A stretch of DNA of 58,548 bases from an uncultured Dehalococcoidia bacterium (lineage in GTDB: Bacteria; Chloroflexota; Dehalococcoidia; DSTF01; JACRBR01). Location: positions 1 to 58,548 of the forward strand of contig CAYQZE010000010.1 in assembly GCA_964421985.1 (NCBI GenBank). Reading direction: 5' to 3'. A program made the translations under genes and the position numbers. Below the pieces are notes generated by a model that did no database searches, was not told the DNA's origin, and saw only the letters and a program-made list of their open reading frames with translations. Below are positions 28,825-38,450 of the stretch, one piece after another (within the stretch, counting starts at the first letter, position 1; every line of letters starts with the position of its first letter).

Positions 28825-30089
28825 CGCGCTCCCTTCCGGTCTGCCGCGCGATCCGGCCAGCCGCGTGCCTCGCCGCGCTGTTTCGCCGCCGGCTTCTTCC
28901 GCGCGGGCCGCACGATCTTGTCGGAGCCGTCGACGGCTTGCGGCCGCTGCCCCACCGACTTCGCATCGACGCCGAACCGCGAGACGCTGAGCAGAATCCC
29001 AACGCCCGCCAGCAGGGCCAGCAGCGCCGAGCCGCCGTAGCTGAGGAACGGCAGCGGGATGCCCGTCAGCGGCATTGAGCGTGTGATGCCGCCGATGTTG
29101 ATCAGCGCCTGGAATCCGATCCATGAGACGATGCCCACCGCCAGGAGCGAGCCGAAGTCGTCGCGCGCCCGGAAGATGACGCGGAAGCCCCGCACCATCA
29201 GCAGGGCGAACAACAGCATGACGATCGCGCAGCCGATGAAGCCCAGCTCCTCGCCGATGATGGCGAAGATGCCGTCGGTGTGCGCGCCGGGCACGTAGAA
29301 GAACTTCTGCCGGCTGGCGCCCAACCCGAGCCCGTGGGCGCCGCCGCTGCCCAGCGCGATCAGCAGCTGCAGCGTGTGGAAGCCACGGCCGCTGGGGTCG
29401 TCCTCGGCTCTGATGAAGGCGAAGATGCGGTCAGCCCGGTACTCGCCCGTCACGACCAGCATCGACGCGGCGATGCTCGCGATGCCCCCGAACGCCGCAA
29501 GATGCGTGAGCGACGCGCCGGCAACGAACACCAGCGTGCCCGTGGTGAGGACGACGACGATCGTCGTGCCGAGGTCCGGCTCCAGCATGATCAGTCCGGC
29601 GGCGAACCCCACGAGTACGACGAAGGGGAAGAATCCCGTCCAGAAGTCCTTCACGTTGTTGCCGCGGCCCGCCAGCCACGCGGACACGTAGATGATCAAC
29701 GCCAGCTTGGCGAACTCGCTCGGCTGAAGCGGCGGGATCGGACCGCCGATGCGGATCCAGCGCGTCGCGCCGTTGTTCTCGACGCCGATGCCCGGCACCA
29801 GAACGGCCGCCAGGCTCAGGAGGGCGCCCAGCATGAGCAGCGGGCTGACCACGCGCAGCTGCCGATAGTCGCTCTTCATGAGCACCCACATCAGCACAGC
29901 GCCGGTGATGGCGAACATCACCTGGCGCAGCAAGAAGTAGTTGGCGTCGCCGAACTCCAGCAGCCCCAGCGCGAAGCTGGAGCTGTAGACCGCCACAACG
30001 CCCATCACGACGAGCACGCCCACCGAGGCCATGATCACATAGTCGGGGTTGCTCGTGCGCAGACGGGAAGGATGCGCCGTGATACCCAT
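28821..30089 (-). CDS. ftsW: Peptidoglycan polymerase FtsW (SEDS)
   Basis: LQPSEFAK, EPDLGT, PGAHTDGIFAIIGEELG, GIPLPFLSYGGS. Confidence 0.96.
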   Translation of the reverse strand: MGITAHPSRLRTSNPDYVIMASVGVLVVMGVVAVYSSSFALGLLEFGDANYFLLRQVMFAITGAVLMWVLMKSDYRQLRVVSPLLMLGALLSLAAVLVPGIGVENNGATRWIRIGGPIPPLQPSEFAKLALIIYVSAWLAGRGNNVKDFWTGFFPFVVLVGFAAGLIMLEPDLGTTIVVVLTTGTLVFVAGASLTHLAAFGGIASIAASMLVVTGEYRADRIFAFIRAEDDPSGRGFHTLQLLIALGSGGAHGLGLGASRQKFFYVPGAHTDGIFAIIGEELGFIGCAIVMLLFALLMVRGFRVIFRARDDFGSLLAVGIVSWIGFQALINIGGITRSMPLTGIPLPFLSYGGSALLALLAGVGILLSVSRFGVDAKSVGQRPQAVDGSDKIVRPARKKPAAKQRGEARGWPDRAADRKGAR

Positions 30090-31493
30090 CTAGTGCCTCT
30101 TCCCGGCCATGCCGCGCACAAGGCGCCGGAACTCCTCGCCGCGGTCCTCGAAGTTCGCGTACGCGTCGAAGCTCGTACATGCCGGCGATAGCAGCACGAC
30201 ATCGCCGGCGCTCGCCATATCACGCGCCTCGCGCACGGCCTCCGCCAGCGTCGCGACGCGCACGAGTTGTGGCCGTTCCTCCTGCGATACCGATGCCGCG
30301 TTCGCCTCGACCGCGGCCTCCAGCAGCGGGCCGTCGGCGCCGAAGAAGATGATGCCGGCGCAACGTCGCAGCGCCTCCTGCGCCAGCTCGTCCTTCGGCA
30401 GGTGCTTGTCTTTGCCGCCGAGCAGCAGCACGAGCGGCTCGTCGAAGGCGCGGATGCCAGCCAGCGCGCGCTCCGGTGTGGACGCGATGCTGTCGTTGAT
30501 GTAGCGGGCGCCATCGACGTCGCCCACGTCCTCCAGCCGATGCGGCACCGGCTCGAATGATCGCACGGCCTGCGCGATTGCGTCGAGCGGCACGTCCGCC
30601 GCGGCGGCGATCGCAGTCGCGGCGAGCACGTTCGCGACGTTGTGCATGCCGCGCAGGGGGATGTCCGCCAGCGGCAGCACCATGGACTCGATCTTGTCGC
30701 GGCGGAGGAAGATCGCACGATCGCGGACGAACGAGCCGCTTCCCGGCACGCGCTCGCTCAGCGTGAAGAACGATGGCTGCGCCGGCGTCAGATCCGTCAT
30801 CGCGGCGCTCAAGTCGTCATCGAGATTGAGCACGACGTGATCGTCTGCGGTCTGGTACCGCACGAGGTTCTGCTTCAGCGCGACGTACTGATCCCAGGAG
30901 AACTGATCGAGGTGGTTCGGCGTTACGTTCAGCACGGCCGCGATGTGGGGGCTGTGATCGGTGAGCTGGAGCTGCGTGTGGCTGATCTCGATCACGGTCC
31001 ACGTCCGCTCGTCGATGCCATCCAGCAAACCCAGCAGGCCGCTGCCGATGTTGCCGCCGACCCTGTACGCCCGCTCGTCTGCGGCCATCATCGCGGCGAC
31101 AAGGCTGGTGGTGGTCGTTTTGCCGCTGCTGCCGGTGATGCCGATCGTCGGCCCGCAGCAGTGCTCCAAGAAGTAGCGGGTCATCGAACTCACGGGCACG
31201 CCGCGCTCGCGCGCCGCTGCGATGACAGGGATGCTCTGGGGGACCGATTGAGAGACGAAGACCAGATCGCTGGTGGCGATGTCGTCGACGCGCTGTGGGC
31301 GGCTGAGTGCGTATTCGATGGAGAGGCCCTCAAGCTGCTTCATGCGCTCGGTGAGGGCAGCGGGAGATTTGGAATCGCAAACCGTGACGATCGCGCCGTG
31401 CGTTGCCGCGTACCGCGCCACATCCACGCCTTCGATCCCGAGACCGATCACGGTCACCCGTTTCCCCACCAGGAAGTCTCGTTCACCTGTCAT
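30090..31493 (-). CDS. murD: UDP-MurNAc-L-Ala--D-glutamate ligase
   Basis: GITGSSGKTTT, NHLD, HRLE, NDSIAST, LLSPACTSFD. Confidence 0.97.
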   Translation of the reverse strand: MTGERDFLVGKRVTVIGLGIEGVDVARYAATHGAIVTVCDSKSPAALTERMKQLEGLSIEYALSRPQRVDDIATSDLVFVSQSVPQSIPVIAAARERGVPVSSMTRYFLEHCCGPTIGITGSSGKTTTTSLVAAMMAADERAYRVGGNIGSGLLGLLDGIDERTWTVIEISHTQLQLTDHSPHIAAVLNVTPNHLDQFSWDQYVALKQNLVRYQTADDHVVLNLDDDLSAAMTDLTPAQPSFFTLSERVPGSGSFVRDRAIFLRRDKIESMVLPLADIPLRGMHNVANVLAATAIAAAADVPLDAIAQAVRSFEPVPHRLEDVGDVDGARYINDSIASTPERALAGIRAFDEPLVLLLGGKDKHLPKDELAQEALRRCAGIIFFGADGPLLEAAVEANAASVSQEERPQLVRVATLAEAVREARDMASAGDVVLLSPACTSFDAYANFEDRGEEFRRLVRGMAGKRH

Positions 31494-31543
31494 ATCACGT
31501 TAGCAATTCCCTGTCAAGCATCGCCCGGCTCGTTTCCGAGGTC

Positions 31544-32512
31544 CTACCAGGCGGCGAGCGCGACGCCCGCCATCGCTCCGACGACACCCAGAGCGATGAA
31601 GCGAGCCGTCACCGTCGTCTCATGCCAGCCCAGCTTCTCGAAGTGATGGTGGATCGGCGCCATGCGGAAGACCCGCCTGCCCAGCAGGCGGTACGACCCG
31701 ATCTGTATGACGTCGGAGGCCATCACGATCACGAACACCACGCCGATGACCGGCAGCAGCAGCCACCAGCCCGTGAGCAGCGCGACGGTCGCCAGCGCCC
31801 CACCCAGCGGAAGGGCGCCGCTGTCGCCCATGAAGATCCGCGCTGGGTACGCGTTCCAGTACAGGAAGCCGAGCAAGGCACCGGCAGTCGCGAAGCAGAA
31901 CGTCGCCACGCCCGTCTGGTGCTGCATCAGCGCGATCGCCCCGAAGGCGACGAACGCGACGCTCGTCGTGCCGCCCTCCAGCATGTCCAGCCCGTCCGTC
32001 ACGCCGACGGCGCTCGTGGTGGCGACGATCACGAGCACGACGACCGCAACATACGCAAAGCCGATGTCGTACGTGCCCGCGTGGTGGGGGACGAGCATCC
32101 GCGGCGCGTCGATTCGGTCGTAGAGCACCCATGCGGCGATGGCGCCGACGACCGCGTAGCCCGCAAGCTTCAGGAGCATGCTGCGCCGGTCGTGCGCCTC
32201 CCGGCGCTCCCGGCCGACGAGGGTGCCCAGGTCGTCGTAGAAGCCGACGCCGCACAGCGCCAGCATGACCCCAAGGGGCAGCCAGACGTCGCTGTCTTTG
32301 GGGATCGCGGCGGTCAGGGTGATCACCGCGCTGACGCCGACGATCAGCAGTCCGCCAAGCGTTGGCGTGCCCGCCTTCGACAAATGCGATTCCGGACCGT
32401 CGCTGCTGATCGCCTTGCCGAGTTTCTGCCGCCGCAGGTACGAAACGTACGGCCCGCCGATGATCGCCGAAGCGATCGCCGCGATACATCCTGCCAGCAG
32501 CGCATGCGTCAT
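31544..32512 (-). CDS. mraY: Phospho-N-acetylmuramoyl-pentapeptide transferase
   Basis: KAGTPTLGG, GFYDD, TDGLD, FMGDSGAL, MAPIHHHFE. Confidence 0.96.
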   Translation of the reverse strand: MTHALLAGCIAAIASAIIGGPYVSYLRRQKLGKAISSDGPESHLSKAGTPTLGGLLIVGVSAVITLTAAIPKDSDVWLPLGVMLALCGVGFYDDLGTLVGRERREAHDRRSMLLKLAGYAVVGAIAAWVLYDRIDAPRMLVPHHAGTYDIGFAYVAVVVLVIVATTSAVGVTDGLDMLEGGTTSVAFVAFGAIALMQHQTGVATFCFATAGALLGFLYWNAYPARIFMGDSGALPLGGALATVALLTGWWLLLPVIGVVFVIVMASDVIQIGSYRLLGRRVFRMAPIHHHFEKLGWHETTVTARFIALGVVGAMAGVALAAW

Positions 32513-33870
32513 GCGCGGGCCTCCAGCGCTTCCACCACCGTCTCCAGCGCTAGCGCGCGCGATCCCTTCACCAGCACGACGTCTCCCGGCGCCAGCTGCG
32601 ACGCCAGTGCCGGCGCGATCTCCGATTTGTCCATCATGATGTGCACGTCGGCGTGCCCCGCCTGGAACGCCGCGTCGCCGATCCACCGTCCAAGATCACC
32701 AACGGCGAAGATCACGTCGGCGACTTCCGCTGCCCGGCGGCCGATCTGGATGTGGCCATCGTGCTCCGCCGCGCCCAGCTCGCGCATGTCGCCCAGAACC
32801 GCAAACTTCCGGCCCGCGACTTCGCCCAGCAGGTCCAGCGCCGCGCGCATCGAGTCCGGACTGGCGTTGTAGGTGTCATCGATGATCGTCGAGCCGTTGA
32901 CGCCGCGATGGGCCGACAGCCGGGTCGGAATCTGCGCAGCCGTCAGCGCGTCGGCGATGTCGGTGAGCGCGATGCCGTCGACGATACCGGCGGCGGCCGC
33001 CGCAAGCGCGTTGTGCACCATCGCGCGACCGGGCAGCCGGGAGTACACGGCCGCACGCTGGCCATCATGCACGAGTGTGAAGCGCACGCCCGCCAACCCG
33101 CGGCTGTCGATCTCCTCCGCGCGCACGTCCGCCTCTGCCGAGAGCCCGTAGGTGATCACGTCGGCGGCCGTCCGCTCCGCCATCGCGGAGACGCGTGGAT
33201 CATCAAGGTTGAGGATCGCGTCGCCTGCCGGGGGAAGCGCCTCGACCAGCTCAGCTTTCGCGTCGGCGATCGCCTCGATGCTGCCGAGCCGCTCCATATG
33301 CGAGGGACCGACGTTGGTGATGATGCCGGTCTCCGGACGCGCGATATCGCACAACAGCGCGATCTCGCCTGCCGCCCACATGCCCATCTCCAGCACGGCG
33401 CGTTGGTGGCGCGTCGTCGCCTCCAGCAGCATCAGCGGCAGGCCGATCTCGCTGTTGAGGTTGCCTTCGTTCTTCAGCACGTGGTAGCTCACGTCGAGCA
33501 CCGCCGCGGTCAGCTCTTTGGTCGTCGTCTTACCCACGCTGCCCGTCACGGCTACGACCTTCAGCTTCGAGCGCGAGGCCCGCCGCAGCCGTGCCAGATC
33601 TTGCAGCGCCGACAAGGCGTGCGGCACGACGTACTGCGCGATATTCGCTTCGATCGGACGTTCGACGATTGCGCCGGTCGCGCCGCGCTGGGCTGCGTGC
33701 GCCACGTAGTCGTGACCATTCACGCGCTCTCCGCGCAGGGCAATGAAGATGTCGCCGCGCCCGGCCTTCCGCGAATCGACCACGGCGTGGCGAAACCGCA
33801 TGGGCCCTACCGAGGGAGCGCGGATCAACGTTGGGCGGAGCGCTGTGGCGATCTCTTTGGCGGTGATCAT
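32509..33870 (-). CDS. murF: UDP-MurNAc-tripeptide--D-Ala-D-Ala ligase
   Basis: AVTGSVGKTTTK, NSEIGLP, DDTYNASP, LGDMRELG, VKGSR. Confidence 0.97.
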   Translation of the reverse strand: MITAKEIATALRPTLIRAPSVGPMRFRHAVVDSRKAGRGDIFIALRGERVNGHDYVAHAAQRGATGAIVERPIEANIAQYVVPHALSALQDLARLRRASRSKLKVVAVTGSVGKTTTKELTAAVLDVSYHVLKNEGNLNSEIGLPLMLLEATTRHQRAVLEMGMWAAGEIALLCDIARPETGIITNVGPSHMERLGSIEAIADAKAELVEALPPAGDAILNLDDPRVSAMAERTAADVITYGLSAEADVRAEEIDSRGLAGVRFTLVHDGQRAAVYSRLPGRAMVHNALAAAAAGIVDGIALTDIADALTAAQIPTRLSAHRGVNGSTIIDDTYNASPDSMRAALDLLGEVAGRKFAVLGDMRELGAAEHDGHIQIGRRAAEVADVIFAVGDLGRWIGDAAFQAGHADVHIMMDKSEIAPALASQLAPGDVVLVKGSRALALETVVEALEARA

Positions 33871-34004
33871 CTGCGGTGCCGGCCTGCCTTCGGCATCGTA
33901 TGGTGCGAATTGCGCACCTTCATTCGGTCGACTGCTTTCGCCCCCTGCCCCGTCGCCCCAGCGGGCCGGACCGGCGTCCGTCCGCCGTCCGAAGCCTTCG
34001 TGCT

Positions 34005-35738
34005 CTAGGGATCCGTTGCGACCAGTTGCGGGCCATCCGGCTGCACGCCGAGATAGGCGAGGATGCTGGGCGCGAGGTCGGCGAACACGGGCGCCGAGAC
34101 CTGGCCCCCGAGCCGGTCTTCCTTGAAGTCCAGCTTCACCAGCACGATGATCTTCGGGTCGTTGACCGGCGCGAACCCAATGAACGAAGCGACGTTGCCG
34201 TCGCGCACAGCGCCGTCGGCGAGTGTGGCGCCGGTGGTCGTGCCGGTCTTGCCCGCCACGTGATAGCCCTTGATCGCCGCCAGGTGGCCGGGATTGCCCT
34301 CGACAACCTGGTTCATCATATCGGTTACGGTCGTCGCCGTTTGCTCGCTCATTACCTGGCGGACAACGACTGGGCTGAAGCTGCGCCGCCCGTCCGGCGT
34401 GTCGATCTCCTGCAGGATGTAGGGCCGCATCAGGCGCCCTCCGTTTGCGATCGAACCGATCGCCGTGATGACCTGCAGCGGTGTCGCGGCGATGCCCTGT
34501 CCGAAGCTATTCGTCGCCAGATCGACCTCCGTCCACGCCGGATCGGTGTTCGTGCGGACGAGCCCGTCGGGTTCCCCGCCGAGCCCCACATGGGTCGCCT
34601 CTCCGATGCCGAACCTCCGCACGTAGCTATAGAAGGCATCGGGGCCAATGAGACCGCTCATCCAGACTGCGCCGGTATTGAGGCTCCGCTGCAGCACGCG
34701 CGTCACCGAGGTGATGCCGTTCACGCTGTAATCCCAGTTGCGGATGGTCGATGAACCGATGTAGGCGGCGCCGATGTCATCGTAGGTGCTCTCCGGGGTC
34801 ACCAGACCCATATCGATCGCCATCGACGCCGTCAGCGTCTTGAAGACGGAGCCGGGCTCGTAGACATCGGTCACCGCCCGATCGCGGAAGAGCGACTGGT
34901 TCGGGTTTTTCAGGTTGAGCTGCGAGAGCTTGAAGCCGGGCCTGCTCGCCACGGCCAACAACGCGCCGGTCTTCGGTTCCATCACGATGATCGATCCGCC
35001 AAGGGCGCCGTTCGTCGCGATATTTGACTCCAGCTCCCCTTCGACCAATCGCTGGATGTACCGGTCGATCGTCAACTCGATGTTCCCGCCCGCCTTGGGC
35101 GCCTGCCCGATCCGTTCGGCACCCAGCGAAAGCCTGTTTCCGATGCTGTCGCGCTCGTAATACACGGTGCCCGGGATGCCGCCCAGCTCCCTGTCGAAGT
35201 CGCGCTCGACGCCGGTCAGCCCGGTCTGGTCGCGCCCCACGAATCCGATCAGCGTCGACGCAAGGTCACCCTCCGGGTAGAAGCGCTTGGTGGTGCGCAC
35301 CATGTGCAGCCCGAGCGCGTCGGCATCCCGCACGGACGCCCCCTTGCTGAAGTCGAGTGCTGCGCTCGCGAGGTAGAGCCCCTTGCTTTCCTTCCGTACC
35401 TCCGTCACGAGTTCATCAGGCTGGCGCGCGACCAGCGGCGCGATGATCGCCGCCGCCCGCCGGGCGTCGTCCAGACGCTGCCATGCGCTCCGGTCGATGA
35501 ATACATCGAACGCATCGACCGTCGTCGCCAGTGGATAACCGTTGCGGTCGAGGATCGCGCCACGCGCGGCGCGCACTTCCTGCTGTCCGAAGTGTTCGTT
35601 GTTCGCCTGGGCGCGATAGTGCTCCGCATCTACAAGCTGTACGAAGGCGACGCGCGCCATCAGCGCCGCGCTGCCGAGCGCGAACACCGCCGCGAGCACC
35701 CAGAGGCGCCCGTTCATCCGCCCGCGCTGTCCGAACAT
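34005..35738 (-). CDS. ftsI: Division-specific class B penicillin-binding protein
   Basis: YEPGSVFK (SxxK), SLN (SxN), GKTGT; N-terminal TM helix. Confidence 0.93.
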   Translation of the reverse strand: MFGQRGRMNGRLWVLAAVFALGSAALMARVAFVQLVDAEHYRAQANNEHFGQQEVRAARGAILDRNGYPLATTVDAFDVFIDRSAWQRLDDARRAAAIIAPLVARQPDELVTEVRKESKGLYLASAALDFSKGASVRDADALGLHMVRTTKRFYPEGDLASTLIGFVGRDQTGLTGVERDFDRELGGIPGTVYYERDSIGNRLSLGAERIGQAPKAGGNIELTIDRYIQRLVEGELESNIATNGALGGSIIVMEPKTGALLAVASRPGFKLSQLNLKNPNQSLFRDRAVTDVYEPGSVFKTLTASMAIDMGLVTPESTYDDIGAAYIGSSTIRNWDYSVNGITSVTRVLQRSLNTGAVWMSGLIGPDAFYSYVRRFGIGEATHVGLGGEPDGLVRTNTDPAWTEVDLATNSFGQGIAATPLQVITAIGSIANGGRLMRPYILQEIDTPDGRRSFSPVVVRQVMSEQTATTVTDMMNQVVEGNPGHLAAIKGYHVAGKTGTTTGATLADGAVRDGNVASFIGFAPVNDPKIIVLVKLDFKEDRLGGQVSAPVFADLAPSILAYLGVQPDGPQLVATDP

Positions 35739-35772
35739 CGACTCCCTCGCGCGGCCCGGCGCCGCCCGTGCC

Positions 35773-36210
35773 CTAGAACGATGGCAGCGACTTGATCAAA
35801 CGCTTCCACATCGGTTCGCCGGCCTGGCCCGGCATGGCCGGCTCCGGCGGCAGAAATCGCGTGGGTAACGACTGGCGATCAGGCACCGTGTGATTCACCG
35901 TCAAGTACAGCTTCCGCTGAGCCGGCACCAGGTGAAGGCGGGTCTGCGCTTCCCAGCTGACGCGCGCCAGCGACGACAGTCCCGCCACTTCCGCTTCGAT
36001 TGCGCGGTTCTCCGCCAGTCGCTCAGCGTGCTGGCGCTGCAGGTCGTTGATCGCGTAGCCGGTGCTGGTCAGCCGGCTGAACTGGTTCACCTGGAATCCC
36101 GCGGCGACGATGACCAGCCCCACGGCCGCTGCCAACAGCAGCCTGCCGCCACGTGGCCGGCCGAACACACGCGGAGGCGCGACGATTGCCGGCCGTTGAA
36201 GCGCTGCCAT
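35773..36210 (-). CDS. ftsL: FtsL-like cell division protein
   Basis: TM helix plus coiled coil, located between rsmH and ftsI. Confidence 0.75.
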   Translation of the reverse strand: MAALQRPAIVAPPRVFGRPRGGRLLLAAAVGLVIVAAGFQVNQFSRLTSTGYAINDLQRQHAERLAENRAIEAEVAGLSSLARVSWEAQTRLHLVPAQRKLYLTVNHTVPDRQSLPTRFLPPEPAMPGQAGEPMWKRLIKSLPSF

Positions 36211-36219
36211 GAGCGCCTC

Positions 36220-37152
36220 CTACGCCGCGTATTCAGTGATGCGTTCCGCGGCGCGAAGCTTCGCGCTGCGCGCGCGCGGGTTCGCGGCGACCTCGCTCAA
36301 GGTCGGCTTCAGCGCGCCCTTCGTGACGGCGCGCAGCGTCGCCTTGTGTCCGCAGCGGCACTCGGGCAGTCCGGGCGGACAGATGCAGTCGCGCGATTCA
36401 CGCTGGATGTACTCCTTGACGATACGGTCTTCCAGCGAGTGGTAACTGAGCACGGCGAGCCGTGCCCCAAAGCCGAGCAGGCCGTGGGCCTGAGGAAGTG
36501 CGGCGGCTAGCGAAGCTAGCTCTTGATTGACCGCGATGCGGAGAGCCTGAAACGTCCTGGTGGCGGGGTGGGTGTTCGCATGGGCTCTCCTACCCACGGC
36601 CTGCTCGACGGCTTTGGCTAGTTCGGCGGTCGTCCGAATGGGACGTCCCGCAACGATCCGGCGGGCGATCCTGCGGCTCGCCGGGTCCTCTCCATACTTA
36701 AAGATCAGGTCGGCCAGGTCGGCCTCCGCGTACGTGTTGACGATCTCCTCGGCGGTGATCCCTTCGCCGCCGAAGCGCATATCGAGCGGCGTGTCGCGCC
36801 GGAAGCTGAATCCCTCTCCTTCGGCGAGCTGATAGGAGGAGAGGCCCAGGTCCAACAGCACTCCGTTCACGGGCGCGAACTCCATCTGGCGGCAGATCCG
36901 GCCGATGTCACGAAAGTTCCCCTGGACGAGCCGGAAGGCACCTTCGAACTGGCTGAGCCGCGCCCGGCTACGTTCGACCGCCGCGGTATCGGCGTCGATG
37001 CCGAGCAGCGTGCCGCCGGGCTGCGCGCGCTGGAGGATGGCCTCGGCATGGCCGGCGTCGCCGAGCGTACAATCGACATAACGACCACCCGGTCGTACCT
37101 CCAGGGCACTCAGCACCTCATCGAGCATCACGGGTGTGTGGATGCTCGGCAT
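36220..37152 (-). CDS. rsmH: 16S rRNA m4C1402 methyltransferase
   Basis: HTPVMLDE, DCTLGDAGHA, DLGLSS, PLDMR, HPATRTFQALRIAVN, YHSLEDR, NPRARSAKLR. Confidence 0.97.
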   Translation of the reverse strand: MPSIHTPVMLDEVLSALEVRPGGRYVDCTLGDAGHAEAILQRAQPGGTLLGIDADTAAVERSRARLSQFEGAFRLVQGNFRDIGRICRQMEFAPVNGVLLDLGLSSYQLAEGEGFSFRRDTPLDMRFGGEGITAEEIVNTYAEADLADLIFKYGEDPASRRIARRIVAGRPIRTTAELAKAVEQAVGRRAHANTHPATRTFQALRIAVNQELASLAAALPQAHGLLGFGARLAVLSYHSLEDRIVKEYIQRESRDCICPPGLPECRCGHKATLRAVTKGALKPTLSEVAANPRARSAKLRAAERITEYAA

Positions 37153-37154
37153 TG

Positions 37155-37592
37155 TCAGCGATCCCGTGGTTCGACCGACTCCAACAACGTCGCCAGCTGC
37201 CCGTCGACGCGCGCCATCTCCGATTCGTAGGAAGCCGGGGACCAGATCTCCAGGTACTCCCCAGCCCCCAGGACGAGGACTTTCGCCGAAAGCCCGGCGA
37301 ACTCTCGCAACGGCCCGGGAATGAGAATCCGATTCTGCTTGTCGAGCTCCGCGTGGACCGACCGGGAGAAGAAGATCGCCCGTAGATCGCGCCCGCGCTG
37401 GTGGAGCGCCGTCTCGGCTGTGTACTCGGACGCCAGCGTGGTGAACGCCGCCTCGGTATAGACGCGCAGGCACCTGTTCGGGGAACCCTGGCTGAGCACG
37501 ATCCCATCCCGGAACGCGTCGCGATAGCGAGGAGGGAGCGGAAGCCGCCCCCGCTCGTCCATCGCATAGTCGAAGGTTCCGAGGAATAGCAC
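37155..37592 (-). CDS. mraZ: Division/cell wall cluster repressor MraZ
   Basis: FLGTF...DERGRLPLP, LDKQNRILIP, EIWS (two SpoVT/AbrB repeats). Confidence 0.93.
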   Translation of the reverse strand: MLFLGTFDYAMDERGRLPLPPRYRDAFRDGIVLSQGSPNRCLRVYTEAAFTTLASEYTAETALHQRGRDLRAIFFSRSVHAELDKQNRILIPGPLREFAGLSAKVLVLGAGEYLEIWSPASYESEMARVDGQLATLLESVEPRDR

Positions 37593-37625
37593 TGGATCGC
37601 GTGTCCTGCCGGGTGCTCATCGGGT

Positions 37626-37720
37626 CCATCCGTAGCCAGATTTCCCACGAACCCCCAGAGTTTACCATCGAACCTCGACATGTCAAGTGGTTTGCAGGCC
37701 AAATCTCCCATGAATTACCA
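37626..37720 (-). promoter_or_regulatory. mraZ/dcw promoter (TTGACA-N16-TAAACT, extended -10) flanked by TGG repeats (putative MraZ sites)
   Basis: -35 at 37681-37686, -10 at 37659-37664; minus-strand TGG triplets recur every 9-10 bp in two arrays (3 upstream of the -35, 5 below it). Confidence 0.75.
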
Positions 37721-37781
37721 TATCTGATACCTCAATCACTCAAGCAGCACCCAACGCGGGCCTGCCTGTTACGATGCCGCC

Positions 37782-38297
37782 ATGATCCGCGCGGGAATTC
37801 TCACCGTGAGCGACGCGGGCAGCCGCGGCGGGCGCGTCGACACCAGCGGCGCGGCGATCCACGAGTTGTTGCTGGCTCTGGGCGCGGACGTCGCGTGTCA
37901 TGAGGTCGTGCCCGACGAACGTGCACGTATCGCTGCTACGCTGCGGACGTGGTGCGATGCCGGCGGCATCGATCTCGTCCTTACGACCGGCGGCACGGGC
38001 CTGGCCGCCCGGGATGTCACGCCGGAGGCGACGCTGGACGTGGGGGAGCGTCTGGCGCCGGGCATCGCGGAAGCCATGCGCGCAGAGGGCTTGCGCCACA
38101 CGCAGAAGGCGATGTTGAGCCGGGCGGTCGCCGTCGTACGGGGCCACACGCTCATCGTGAACTTCCCGGGGAGCGAGAGGGGCGTCCGCGAGAGCTTCGC
38201 GGCGATACGAGACGTCCTCCCGCATGCTGTCGAGTTGCTCCAGGGCATCACGGAACATCCGCGGGCGCCACGGCAACCAACCCCTCCGCCGGCGTAA
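37782..38297 (+). CDS. mogA: MogA/MoaB molybdopterin adenylyltransferase
   Basis: ILTVSD, DTSG, VVPDE, TTGGTG...DVTPEA, LSRAVA, NFPGS. Confidence 0.93.
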   Translation: MIRAGILTVSDAGSRGGRVDTSGAAIHELLLALGADVACHEVVPDERARIAATLRTWCDAGGIDLVLTTGGTGLAARDVTPEATLDVGERLAPGIAEAMRAEGLRHTQKAMLSRAVAVVRGHTLIVNFPGSERGVRESFAAIRDVLPHAVELLQGITEHPRAPRQPTPPPA

Positions 38298-38450
38298 CAT
38301 CTGCGCAACACGGGCGCGTTCTCTGACAGCGGCGCGATAGGCTATACTCGTCCGGACTCTCACTATCTCTCGTGTGCATGGCGGACGCCGGCGCGTGCCG
38401 CCCTGCCGCGCGACCTGCAAGTGCCGGCTTGACGGCAGGGAACGCTGCGC

